Assembly: GCA_039798785.1 (NCBI GenBank)
Contig: JBDKFG010000070.1
Coordinates: 1-64,000 of the forward strand
Origin: Verrucomicrobiota bacterium
Lineage (GTDB): Bacteria; Verrucomicrobiota; Lentisphaeria; Lentisphaerales; Lentisphaeraceae
Direction: 5' to 3'
DNA: 64,000 nt
In this document: positions 18,602 through 29,028 of the stretch, in pieces
How the letters are laid out: each line of letters opens with the position of its first letter
Position numbering within the stretch: position 1 is the first letter of the stretch
Notes under the pieces: model-generated
Databases searched by the model: none
What the model was told of the DNA's origin: nothing
The model's input: only the letters and a program-made list of their open reading frames with translations
Position numbers and translations under genes: made by a program

Positions 18602-18650
18602 TTTCGGGATCGATGTAGTCGTGGTCAAGACCCTTGAGGAAGTGATGAAC

Positions 18651-19373
18651 TCAATTCTGCTCATAGGCCGCCATGTAGACCGAGTACAGTTCGGCCGGGA
18701 GATAGACGACGCGGAAGCCCATGTAGGTGCGGCGCTTCGATGGCGGATAGGAGAACAGGCGGGCGCCATTTTCGAGATGGGTGGCGGGATTCTGCCACGA
18801 GCCGCCTTTCAGTACATGGAGATCTCGTTCGTCATTGAAAGAATCGAGAGTCCACTCCCAGACGTTGCCGGCCATGTCCTGGCATCCGTAGACCGAGGCG
18901 CCGCCGGGGCGGCGGCCGATTTGAGACGTGGTTCCTGCGTCGGCATGGTCGAAATAGGCGAGATCATGCTCTGGCACGGCGTTGCCCCAGGGGTAGAGGC
19001 GTCCGTCTTCGCCACGAGCCGCCTTCTCCCACTCATCGACTTGCGGGAGGGCGTAATATTCACCTGTCTTGCCACGCAACCAGCGGCAGAAAGCCTTGGC
19101 GTCGTCCCAGCTGACGTTGCAGGCGGGGCAGTCCGGCATCGGCGACATCTGCTGCAGCAGCGCCAGATCCTCGGCGGCATAGGGATGCTTGGTGGCTCGG
19201 AGGAAGGCCTGGAACATGCCGGCGGTGACCGGATGGCGGCCGATGAGGAAGGCTGCGGGCAGGGAGAGACGGTCCTTGCCTTCGACCCCGCCGAGGAAGG
19301 GCCCGGCAGGGACATAGCAGAACTCCTGGCCGAGATGATCCCGGATCACTTCACCGATTTTGTAAGACATCAC
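18651..19373 (-). CDS. FGE-sulfatase (SUMF1/EgtB/PvdO) domain protein
   Basis: VPAGPFLGG, VSWDDAKAFCRWL, EWEKAARG..YPWG, DMAGNVWEW, KGGSW, GFRVV. Confidence 0.9.
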   Translation of the reverse strand: MMSYKIGEVIRDHLGQEFCYVPAGPFLGGVEGKDRLSLPAAFLIGRHPVTAGMFQAFLRATKHPYAAEDLALLQQMSPMPDCPACNVSWDDAKAFCRWLRGKTGEYYALPQVDEWEKAARGEDGRLYPWGNAVPEHDLAYFDHADAGTTSQIGRRPGGASVYGCQDMAGNVWEWTLDSFNDERDLHVLKGGSWQNPATHLENGARLFSYPPSKRRTYMGFRVVYLPAELYSVYMAAYEQN

Positions 19374-19392
19374 TCCCCTGCGTGGCTTTGCC

Positions 19393-20958
19393 TCAAATAT
19401 GGACTGTGAACGCAGCGTGGCAATGCAGGAGGCGTCCGACTTTCTCGATCAACTCGGCAGGAGGTTCGCCGTTGAGCTTGAGAATGGCGATGGAGCGGCT
19501 GCCGCTGTCGTTGTGGGGCGAACGGATGTCCTCGATGTTCAAGCCTTCCAGCGCCATCGCCTGGGAGATCTGGGCGAGCACGCCGGGACGGTCGTCGTAG
19601 ACGAAGACGGCGGTGTGACCGGTGGGCTCGTAGTAGAGCTTGCCGAACTCGCCAATGCGGGAGACGATGATGTTGCCTTCGGTCAAGGTGCCACGCACCG
19701 AGACGCGGTCCATCTGCTGAGTGCCGCTGATCAGGTCGACGGTGATCGACTCGCCGTAGCGCTTGCCTTCGTCGGTGTCGCGGATCTTGCAGCTGATGCC
19801 GCGCGACTTGAGATATTCCTCGGCCTGCTCGATGTCGGTGATCTTGTTGTCACCCGAGATGGCGGCGACGATGGGGGGGATCAGCCAGCGCGAGAAATCC
19901 TTGAGCTTGCCGTAGAAGCTCGCCTGAATCTCGAAGACCGGCGCCTTGGCGCCGATGTAGGAGCGGGCGAAGCGGGCCAGAGCGGAGCTGAGCTGCTGGT
20001 ACTCCGGAGCGAGACCGTCGGGCACCGACTTGTTGACCACGTGCATGGCCAGACCGCGCTCGAGGAAGTTGATGGTCTGGTTGGCGGCCATGCGGGCGGC
20101 GTTGTTGTTGGCCTCGAAGGTGCTGGCGCCGAGGTGCGGCAGCATGATGTCGGCGATGTCGGCGCAGGTCTTGGGGCCTGCCTCGTCCTTGTCGTAGACG
20201 TCGTTGCAGAAGACGATGCGCTTGCTCTTGCGGGCTTCGCGAAGAGCCTCTTCGTCAAGCACCTCGCTGCGGGCGCAGTTGACCAGGACGGCGCCGTCCT
20301 TCATCAGGGAGAAGTACTGGGTGCTGATGATCTTCTCGGTCTCCTTGGTGGCGGGCAGGTGGAGCGAGAGGAAGTCGCAGGTGGCGAAGATGTCTTCCAT
20401 CGAGGCGATCTCGGCGCCGTGCTCGCGGGCCTTGTCGAGGGAGACGAAGGGGTCGTAGATCTTGAGCTTGACGTCGAAGCCGCGGAGGCGCTTGGCGAGG
20501 AGCTGCCCGATGTTGCCGAAGCCGAGGATGCCGACGGTCTTGCCGGTGATCTCACTGCCCATGTACTTGTTCTTCTCCCAAAGCCCGGCGCGGGTGGTCT
20601 TGTCGCCATCGATGAAGTAGCGGGCTCCGGCGATCATCAGGCCGACAGCCTCTTCGGCGACAGCGTTGGAGTTGGCGCCGGGAGTGTTCATCACGGCGAC
20701 GTTGCGGCTGCGGGCATGCTTGATGTCGATGGTGTTGTAGCCGGCGCCGGCGCGGACCACAAGACGCAGGGCAGGCAGCATGTCGATGATTTCGGCGGTG
20801 ATCTTCTCGGAACGGACGACCAGGCCGACAGCGTCCTTGTGCTTCTCGAGCAGGGCCTTAAGTTCGGTCTTGCCATCCTGGACGACCTCATAGCCTTGAG
20901 CCTCGAGCAGCTCTTTGCAAACGGTTTCCAGCTTGGTCGGAATGATGATCTTCGGCAT
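19393..20958 (-). CDS. serA: D-3-phosphoglycerate dehydrogenase with C-terminal ACT domain
   Basis: RAGAGYNTID, NTPGANSNAVAE, GILGFGNIG, VNCAR, PHLGAST, DDRPGVLAQI. Confidence 0.9.
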   Translation of the reverse strand: MPKIIIPTKLETVCKELLEAQGYEVVQDGKTELKALLEKHKDAVGLVVRSEKITAEIIDMLPALRLVVRAGAGYNTIDIKHARSRNVAVMNTPGANSNAVAEEAVGLMIAGARYFIDGDKTTRAGLWEKNKYMGSEITGKTVGILGFGNIGQLLAKRLRGFDVKLKIYDPFVSLDKAREHGAEIASMEDIFATCDFLSLHLPATKETEKIISTQYFSLMKDGAVLVNCARSEVLDEEALREARKSKRIVFCNDVYDKDEAGPKTCADIADIMLPHLGASTFEANNNAARMAANQTINFLERGLAMHVVNKSVPDGLAPEYQQLSSALARFARSYIGAKAPVFEIQASFYGKLKDFSRWLIPPIVAAISGDNKITDIEQAEEYLKSRGISCKIRDTDEGKRYGESITVDLISGTQQMDRVSVRGTLTEGNIIVSRIGEFGKLYYEPTGHTAVFVYDDRPGVLAQISQAMALEGLNIEDIRSPHNDSGSRSIAILKLNGEPPAELIEKVGRLLHCHAAFTVHI

Positions 20959-21049
20959 CGCGGCGCTCCCTACGTTTTTGGTTAATCATGACAGTATTTT
21001 ACGGTGGCGGGACAGTATCCGCAAGAGTGATGACGCGCTTCGTGGCAAA

Positions 21050-22471
21050 TCAGGATTTCCTTCGCTGCGCCACCGACCCTATCCCTAGTTCCTCGCGGTA
21101 TTTTGTGACGGTGCGACGCGAAACCTCCAGTCCTTCGGCGGCGAGAAGGCTGGCGATGTCGCCGTCGCCGAGCGGGCTGCGACGGTCCTCGCTGAGGATG
21201 AGCTCCTGCAGCCGCTGCTTGAAGGCTTCGGTAGAGAGGCGTCCGCCGCTCGAGGTCTCGAGGCCGGTGCTGAAGAAGAATCGGAGAGCGAGAAGTCCGC
21301 GAGGCGTCTGCACATGCTTGCCGCTGATGGCGCGGGAGACCGTGGTTTCATGGACACCGAGCTCCTCGGCGATGCTGCGCATGGTGAGGGGCTTGAGACC
21401 GGCGAGGCCTTCTCGGAAAAAGCTCTCCTGTTCGCGGATGACGATGGCGAGCAGGCGCATCAAAGTGCTCTCGCGCATTTCCAGGGCGCGCATCAGGGAT
21501 TTTGAAGCGAAGACCTTGTCTCGTATCCATTTCTTGTCCTCGGCCGGGACACGCGGGTCCTCGAGGATGGCGAGGCAACGGTCGGAGAGGCGGAGACGAG
21601 GCATGGAATCGCGCAAGGGGCGGGCCGCGAGGCTGCCGTCTTCAAGCGTCTCGATAACCGCCTCGGCACTGACGAAATCGGGATTGCGGTCGGAGACCAC
21701 CAGGCCGGGCCAGGGGCTGGTGAGTCGGCGGATCTCGGCGATCGCCTCCTGCACCTGGCCGGGTTCGAGCTTAAGGAATTTCGCCAGCTTGCCGGCGTCG
21801 CCTTTGGCCAGCAGCTCGGCGTGCTTGGCGACGATTTTCCACGGGAGTTTGCCTTGCTGACCGCGACGCTTGAGCTGCAGCAGCAGGCATTCCTGCAGGT
21901 CGCTGGCGCCGATGCCTGCCGGTTCGAAGCTCTGGATCAGCGCGAGCACCTCCTTAACCGTCTTCAGATCGACTCCAAGAGCCGCGGCGATCGGCTGGGG
22001 GCCGCCGGGGAGATACCCGGCTTCATCGAGAGAGCCGATGAGGTGCTCTGCGAGAGGATGAAGGTGCTCCGGCAAATCACTGGTGCGAAGCTGCTGCATC
22101 AACATCTCTTCGAGCGTCTCCCCCTGAGTGAAGGAATCGAAGAAATGACGGCGCCGTTCTTCGGCGTCGCTGTCGGGCGCCTGGTAGCTGCCGCGCTCGG
22201 CCGAGACGATGGAGGCCAATGATTCGTCTCTTTCGACCGCTCGCGCCCCCGCCTCGGGATCCTCTTCGGCGCCATGAGCCAGCGGGTCGCCATCAAGAAT
22301 TTCACCGCCAGCCTCTTCCAATTCCAAGGTGGGATTGGAGGCCATCTCCAGGTTGATCCGCTGCTGCAACTCCATCACCGGCATCGCCAGGATCTCCAGC
22401 GACTGCATCTGCTGCGGCGCCATGATCTGTTCCTGGCCCATCCTCTGGCCCTGGAATAATCCTTGTTGCAT
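21050..22471 (-). CDS. rpoN: RNA polymerase sigma-54 factor
   Basis: Gln-rich region I, FEPAGIGA.DLQECL, LGVHETTVSRA, RpoN box SRRTVTKYRE. Confidence 0.96.
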   Translation of the reverse strand: MQQGLFQGQRMGQEQIMAPQQMQSLEILAMPVMELQQRINLEMASNPTLELEEAGGEILDGDPLAHGAEEDPEAGARAVERDESLASIVSAERGSYQAPDSDAEERRRHFFDSFTQGETLEEMLMQQLRTSDLPEHLHPLAEHLIGSLDEAGYLPGGPQPIAAALGVDLKTVKEVLALIQSFEPAGIGASDLQECLLLQLKRRGQQGKLPWKIVAKHAELLAKGDAGKLAKFLKLEPGQVQEAIAEIRRLTSPWPGLVVSDRNPDFVSAEAVIETLEDGSLAARPLRDSMPRLRLSDRCLAILEDPRVPAEDKKWIRDKVFASKSLMRALEMRESTLMRLLAIVIREQESFFREGLAGLKPLTMRSIAEELGVHETTVSRAISGKHVQTPRGLLALRFFFSTGLETSSGGRLSTEAFKQRLQELILSEDRRSPLGDGDIASLLAAEGLEVSRRTVTKYREELGIGSVAQRRKS

Positions 22472-22582
22472 GATGACTCGAATCCTTTCTGTTCCATTTC
22501 GTCTTTGACTTTAGTCCGATATCGCAATTACGACGATATGGCGATATCGCCAGTCCTGGTTTTCCGGGCTAAGTTCGGCGCC

Positions 22583-23956
22583 ATGAAAAACTCCCCCCAG
22601 GCCAGCACCATCGCCGCCATCGCCACCGCCGTCGGCGGCGGCGTCGCCATCATCCGCCTCAGCGGCCCCCGCGCCCTCGACTTCGCCAATCTCGCCTGGA
22701 AGGGGCCGCGTCGGCTGTCGGCCGACGACGAGCGGCGGATGATCCTCGGCCAGATGCGCGATCCGCAAACGGGCGCCCCCGGCGACCAGGCGATGGCGGT
22801 GTATTTCCGCGGCCCCCGCAGCTACACCGGCGAGGACGTCGTCGAGTTCCAGTGCCACGGCGGCGGCCTCTCCGCCAAGTCCACCCTCGAATCCTGCCTC
22901 CGCGCCGGCGCGGTCGCCGCGAAACCGGGCGAATTCACCCTCCGAGCCTTCCTCAACGGCCGCATCGACCTGACCCAGGCCGAGGCCGTCGCCGACCTGA
23001 TCGGCGCCCAGAGCGGCCAGGCCCTCGCCGCCGCCGAACGCCAGCTCGATGGATCCCTCGGGCGCCGCGTCCGCGCCGTCCGCGACCGCCTCAGCGACCT
23101 ACACGCCGAGACCGAGGTGCGCCTCGACTTCACCGAGGAGGATCTCGACTGGACCCCTCCCGACTCGATGTTCCGCGCCCTCGCCGAAGCTTCGGCCGAA
23201 CTGGAGAAGCTCCTCGCCGGCCGGCGCGACGGCGAAATCCTGCGCTCCGGCATCCGCACCGTCATCGGCGGCCCGCCCAACGCCGGCAAATCCAGCTTCC
23301 TCAACCTCCTCCTCGGCCGCGACCGCGCCATCGTCACCGACATCCCCGGCACCACCCGCGACACCCTCGAGGAGAGCGCCCACATCCGCGGCATCCCGCT
23401 GCGCCTGGTCGACACCGCCGGCATCCGCGACACCGAATGCCTGGTCGAGAAGACCGGCATCGAGCGCAGCCGCGCCGCCTTGCGCGAGGCGCAACTGGTG
23501 TTCTGGCTCTGCGACCTCAGCCGCCCCCTCGACGAGCAGCTGCCCGACCCGGCGATCGCCTGGACCTGCCCGCTCGTCCTGGTCTTCAACAAAAGCGACC
23601 TGGTGCCCTCCCCTGCCCTGCCCGCCGCGGCTCTCGCCCTGACGCCGCACCGCGCCCTGATCTCCGCCCGCGACGGGATCGGCGTCGAGGCCCTCTTCGA
23701 CCTGGTCGAGCGCTTGGTCTGGGAGAAACCGCACGCCGAAGCGCCGGAATACGCATTGAACAGCCGCCATTCGGCCCTCCTCGAGGCCGCCCAGGCCGCC
23801 CTCGCCGCCTGCCCGCGCGAGCTCGAAGGCCGCCGCTGGGAACTGCTCGCGGTACATCTGCGTTCCGCCTGCGATTCTCTCGGCGAGATCCTCGGCGAGA
23901 CGATCCGCCCCGACATCCTCGACACCATCTTCGGCCGCTACTGCATCGGCAAATAA
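22583..23956 (+). CDS. mnmE: tRNA modification GTPase MnmE
   Basis: TIAAIAT, SYTGEDVVEFQCHGG, GPPNAGKSS, DIPGTTRD, DTAGIR, NKSD, terminal YCIGK. Confidence 0.97.
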   Translation: MKNSPQASTIAAIATAVGGGVAIIRLSGPRALDFANLAWKGPRRLSADDERRMILGQMRDPQTGAPGDQAMAVYFRGPRSYTGEDVVEFQCHGGGLSAKSTLESCLRAGAVAAKPGEFTLRAFLNGRIDLTQAEAVADLIGAQSGQALAAAERQLDGSLGRRVRAVRDRLSDLHAETEVRLDFTEEDLDWTPPDSMFRALAEASAELEKLLAGRRDGEILRSGIRTVIGGPPNAGKSSFLNLLLGRDRAIVTDIPGTTRDTLEESAHIRGIPLRLVDTAGIRDTECLVEKTGIERSRAALREAQLVFWLCDLSRPLDEQLPDPAIAWTCPLVLVFNKSDLVPSPALPAAALALTPHRALISARDGIGVEALFDLVERLVWEKPHAEAPEYALNSRHSALLEAAQAALAACPRELEGRRWELLAVHLRSACDSLGEILGETIRPDILDTIFGRYCIGK

Positions 23957-24046
23957 GCTTTTTTTGTTTTCGTCCGCGCTTCGTAGTAGCTTGGCTTAAC
24001 CTCGATTCCGAAGTTGAAGCTGTGAGTCAGCCTTCAGTCTTGAATG

Positions 24047-24132
24047 TTAAATCTTTGATTTTGTTCGCGTTCTGTTGAATCTTGAATTTTGAATCTGCTG
24101 AGCCCAAGCTCAGCTTCGGAATCCAAGCTTAA
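24047..24132 (+). repeat. TTAA-bounded miniature repeat element, copy 1 (copy 2 inverted at 50649-50749)
   Basis: 50-nt and 29-nt blocks identical to the reverse complement of 50649-50749; contains TTGAATY heptamers and a gctgagc-ccaa-gctcagc hairpin. Confidence 0.85.
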
Positions 24133-24169
24133 TCCACATCCTGCCCGAACCATTCACGGAAGTCCAACC

Positions 24170-24322
24170 ATGCCCTCACCGCGAGAACAAGTCCGTCTCC
24201 TAGCGACTCTGCACGCCGTCGCTCGCGACAAGCGCGGCTATGTCGTCCCAGTCAAGAAGGCCAAGGTCGTGATCCCGAGCAAAGAGCAGCTCGCTCCGCC
24301 TACTGCCGAGGCGATGCCATGA
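24170..24322 (+). CDS. Small hypothetical protein (50 aa)
   Basis: MPSPREQVRLLATLHAVARDKRGYVVPVKKAK...; host-like codon usage. Confidence 0.4.
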   Translation: MPSPREQVRLLATLHAVARDKRGYVVPVKKAKVVIPSKEQLAPPTAEAMP

Positions 24323-24371
24323 AGGTTCAGGCAGCGGTTGGGGATGGCAGAGTTGGGGGCAGCGCCAGCTA

Positions 24372-24433
24372 GGCCAAACCCCAGAGCCCGCAGCGAGGCA
24401 CGAGCGCAGGGCGGCGCGGGGGTTCTTTTGGCC
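24372..24433. repeat. Imperfect hairpin resembling an integron attC site
   Basis: ggccaaacccc...gcgaggcacgagcgc...ggggttcttttggcc, with AAC/GTT near the ends and bulged bases. Confidence 0.35.
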
Positions 24434-24591
24434 GAGTGAAGCAGGCGCGGCCAGATCCTAACTCGTCCGCCATCTCTAACCAGTTGGCGGGGCCGCCGAA
24501 CGCTCAGCAGACCCAGGAGGTGGCTGGCAATTTTTTAAAAACCACTCCCCCGTCAATTTGACCATTCCCGAATGGGCAGCACAATTCCACA

Positions 24592-24801
24592 TCAATCCCA
24601 GCTCCTCCTAAAGCTGCCCTCGAGAAAAGCTTCCGCATAAGCGCTGTAGACCAGACTTGCGGCGAAAGGCAGGGCGACGAGCAGGCCCAAGAGCGCGATC
24701 CAGCGATGCGCCAGCCCCAAGAGGAATGGCGCTGAGAACAGGAGCATGAGGCCCCAAAGCTCAAGGATTGTGGGCATCTTGTCGGAAATTTCGGCGAGCA
24801 T
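24592..24801 (-). CDS. Small membrane protein, possibly truncated
   Basis: 69 aa with two hydrophobic helices; start region identical to that of the neighbouring gene. Confidence 0.5.
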   Translation of the reverse strand: MLAEISDKMPTILELWGLMLLFSAPFLLGLAHRWIALLGLLVALPFAASLVYSAYAEAFLEGSFRRSWD

Positions 24802-24843
24802 GGGTGAGCTTGTTTTTTGGGGGGAGAGTGGGTGATAGAAAAA

Positions 24844-25143
24844 TTACACGACCAAGTAGACCATTGTTCCTGGTGACACTTGCTCTTTGGTGATGTTCTT
24901 GGGTAGCAAAATGGGCGCAGCAATGTTTCTGGGTTTCCGAGGTCCGCAATTTAGTAGTTCAATTGCTTTTACTTGAGTTCGAATGGAAAGACCTTCTGGA
25001 GTTAACAGGCGCAGCTCGTTTCCTTCGCGAATAATTGGAGAATCAGCTTCACAAGGGGCACCTGGCGCAAGCACACAGCCTCGCCCCTTGATTTGAACTG
25101 CAAGTTCAACAGTAAACAAATAGATTTCTTTTTCGGCGAGCAT
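24844..25143 (-). CDS. Stand-alone EF-Tu domain II-like beta-barrel protein
   Basis: LFTVELAVQIKGRGCVL..IREGNEL..TQVKAIEL..ILLPKNITKEQVSPGTMV parallels the motifs of EF-Tu domain II. Confidence 0.6.
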   Translation of the reverse strand: MLAEKEIYLFTVELAVQIKGRGCVLAPGAPCEADSPIIREGNELRLLTPEGLSIRTQVKAIELLNCGPRKPRNIAAPILLPKNITKEQVSPGTMVYLVV

Positions 25144-25227
25144 GGGTTGATCTTGGTTCTGGGCTGGATGAAAAAAATGGGAATGAGGTGAGTGGGTTTT
25201 GCAACGGGGAGCTAGAGCGGAAACTCA

Positions 25228-25300
25228 GTCGATATCTGTCGATATCTATCGATATCACGATAGCTATCGATGGTATCGACAGACATCGATTGATATCGAC
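25228..25300. repeat. 73-bp quasi-palindrome of 10-bp TCGAT(A) units
   Basis: 30-nt arms with about 5 mismatches around the perfect palindrome cgatagctatcg. Confidence 0.85.
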
Positions 25301-25316
25301 AAGTGCTGCAAAATCT

Positions 25317-25353
25317 ACGCCCCCCGCAAATCACTTTGCGGGGGGGCGCGAAT
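25317..25353. repeat. GC-rich hairpin repeat, copy 1
   Basis: acgccccccgcaaa-tcac-tttgcgggggggcgcgaat; direct copy at 26165-26200. Confidence 0.85.
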
Positions 25354-25382
25354 GGGGTAGCCATGATCTGCGAGCACTCGCC

Positions 25383-26120
25383 TCAAGTCGCAGGTTGCTT
25401 CAGTTTGGTGCCGCCACAATGTGGACGTTTAACGTAATTATCAGGAGCATCTTGAATAGTGTCGAGACACGCCACTGAGCAGGCATGTACTAACAAGGGG
25501 ACAATATCGGAGCCCATGCGTAGAGAAACCCATCTTTGAATAGGCAACTGCTTGAATTCACCAGTACAAATAGAGCAGAACTTCGGCCGGTATAAATCTG
25601 AATACTGCGGTAGCAACGGGAATGGTGGTCGATGCTTGTAGTTACCATAGACCGCTCGAGTACTGACAGTGGTCTGTTTTAATTTTTTACACCGGAGAAT
25701 TTCGTACGGAAACCAATGCAGGCGATAGGATGTGTAGGGGGTGAACTCTTCAAGACTCCGCATTTCACCAATCTCTGGGGGAATCCGCGAGAGATTGCTT
25801 CCGTACACGATGAAATGCTTCACATTTTGTAGCTTAACAATGGATGTGGGAAGCGTCACAATCTGCATCCATTCCTCAGGATCCATCTCCCGGAGCGGAG
25901 AAAATACCTCGCGTCCATCATTTGCAGCTTCATCAATCAACTTCAATATACGAAGCCAGCCCGGAGCTTCTTCATCCTGAACGTCTTGATGGACCTCCAA
26001 TTCTCGCCCTTTGAAATATTTCGGATCCAGACAGTTGCAGTAGGGGTGATCAATCGCATTGGCCTTTGATTCTTTCTTCCAATGATTCTGTAATAATTTG
26101 AGCTTGGGTTGTTCGTCCAT
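25383..26120 (-). CDS. Leucine-rich-repeat protein with Cys-rich C-terminus
   Basis: IVTLPTSIVKLQNVK, NLSRIPPEIGEMRSLE, RLHWFPYEILRCKKLK; CSIC...CSVAC; AT-richer than the host. Confidence 0.8.
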   Translation of the reverse strand: MDEQPKLKLLQNHWKKESKANAIDHPYCNCLDPKYFKGRELEVHQDVQDEEAPGWLRILKLIDEAANDGREVFSPLREMDPEEWMQIVTLPTSIVKLQNVKHFIVYGSNLSRIPPEIGEMRSLEEFTPYTSYRLHWFPYEILRCKKLKQTTVSTRAVYGNYKHRPPFPLLPQYSDLYRPKFCSICTGEFKQLPIQRWVSLRMGSDIVPLLVHACSVACLDTIQDAPDNYVKRPHCGGTKLKQPAT

Positions 26121-26164
26121 GGGCTTATCCTGATTTGCTTACGAAATTTATAACTAGAACAACG

Positions 26165-26200
26165 ACGCCCCCCGCAAATGCCATTGCGGGGGGCGCGAAT
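26165..26200. repeat. GC-rich hairpin repeat, copy 2 (may also terminate sdh transcription)
   Basis: acgccccccgcaa-atgcca-ttgcggggggcgcgaat. Confidence 0.85.
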
Positions 26201-26265
26201 CTTGGGCTCCAGGTTGTCCGGTTGTTGGCCTTTCAACCTTTCAACCTTTCAACCTTGTTCAGCGA

Positions 26266-27047
26266 TCACTCGCCGCCGCCGCCTTCTTTGACCGGCTCTT
26301 CGAAGAGCGAGGCGTACATGAACTCGCGGTTCATGCGGGCGATGCCTTCGATGGAGATCTCCTTCGGGCAGGCGGCTTCGCACTCGCCTTCGTTGGAGCA
26401 GTGGCCGAAGCCTTCGGCGTCCATCTGGCGGACCATCGCCAGGGCGCGCTCGCGGGATTCGACCTTGCCCTGGGGCAGGAGGGCGAATTGCGAGATCTTG
26501 GCGGAGGTGAAGAGCGAGGCCGAGGCGTTTTTGCAGGCGGCGACGCAGGCGCCGCAGCCGATGCAGGTGGCGTAGTCCATCGCCTTGTCGGCGTCGGCCT
26601 TGCGGACCGGCATCGAGTTGGCTTCGGGAGCGGTGCCGACGCGGACCGAGATGTAGCCGCCGGACTGGATGATGCGGTCGAAGGAGCTGCGGTCGACGGC
26701 GAGGTCGCGGACTACCGGGAAGGCGGCGGCGCGCCAGGGCTCGATGGTGATGGTGTCGCCGTCCTTGAAGGAGCGCATGTGGAGCTGGCAGGTGGTGGTC
26801 GCCTTCTGGCCGCCGTGGGGCTTGCCGTTGATGTAGAGCGAGCACATGCCGCAGATGCCTTCGCGGCAGTCGTGGTCGAAGGCGACGGGGTCCTTGCCGG
26901 CGCGTTCCAGCTCGTCGTTGAGCTGGTCGAGCATCTCGAGGAAGGAGGAGCTGGTGGGGACGCTCTTCAGCGAGTAGGTCTCGAAGGCGCCGGAGCTGGC
27001 GGTGTTCTTCTGGCGCCAGATCTTGAGGGTGAGGTTGAGGGTGCTCA

Positions 27048-27048
<1 letters not shown>
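26266..27048 (-). CDS. sdhB: Succinate dehydrogenase/fumarate reductase iron-sulfur subunit
   Basis: [34 protein letters not shown]. Confidence 0.96.
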
Positions 27049-29021
<1,973 letters not shown>

Positions 29022-29028
29022 GAGGGCC

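Noticed and set aside
18651..19373. Formylglycine-generating enzyme for the sulfatase
   Set aside because: FGE fold only; the catalytic Cys pair after the GGS motif is absent.
25228..25300. CRISPR array
   Set aside because: Units are 10 nt with no unique spacers, and there are no cas genes in the window.
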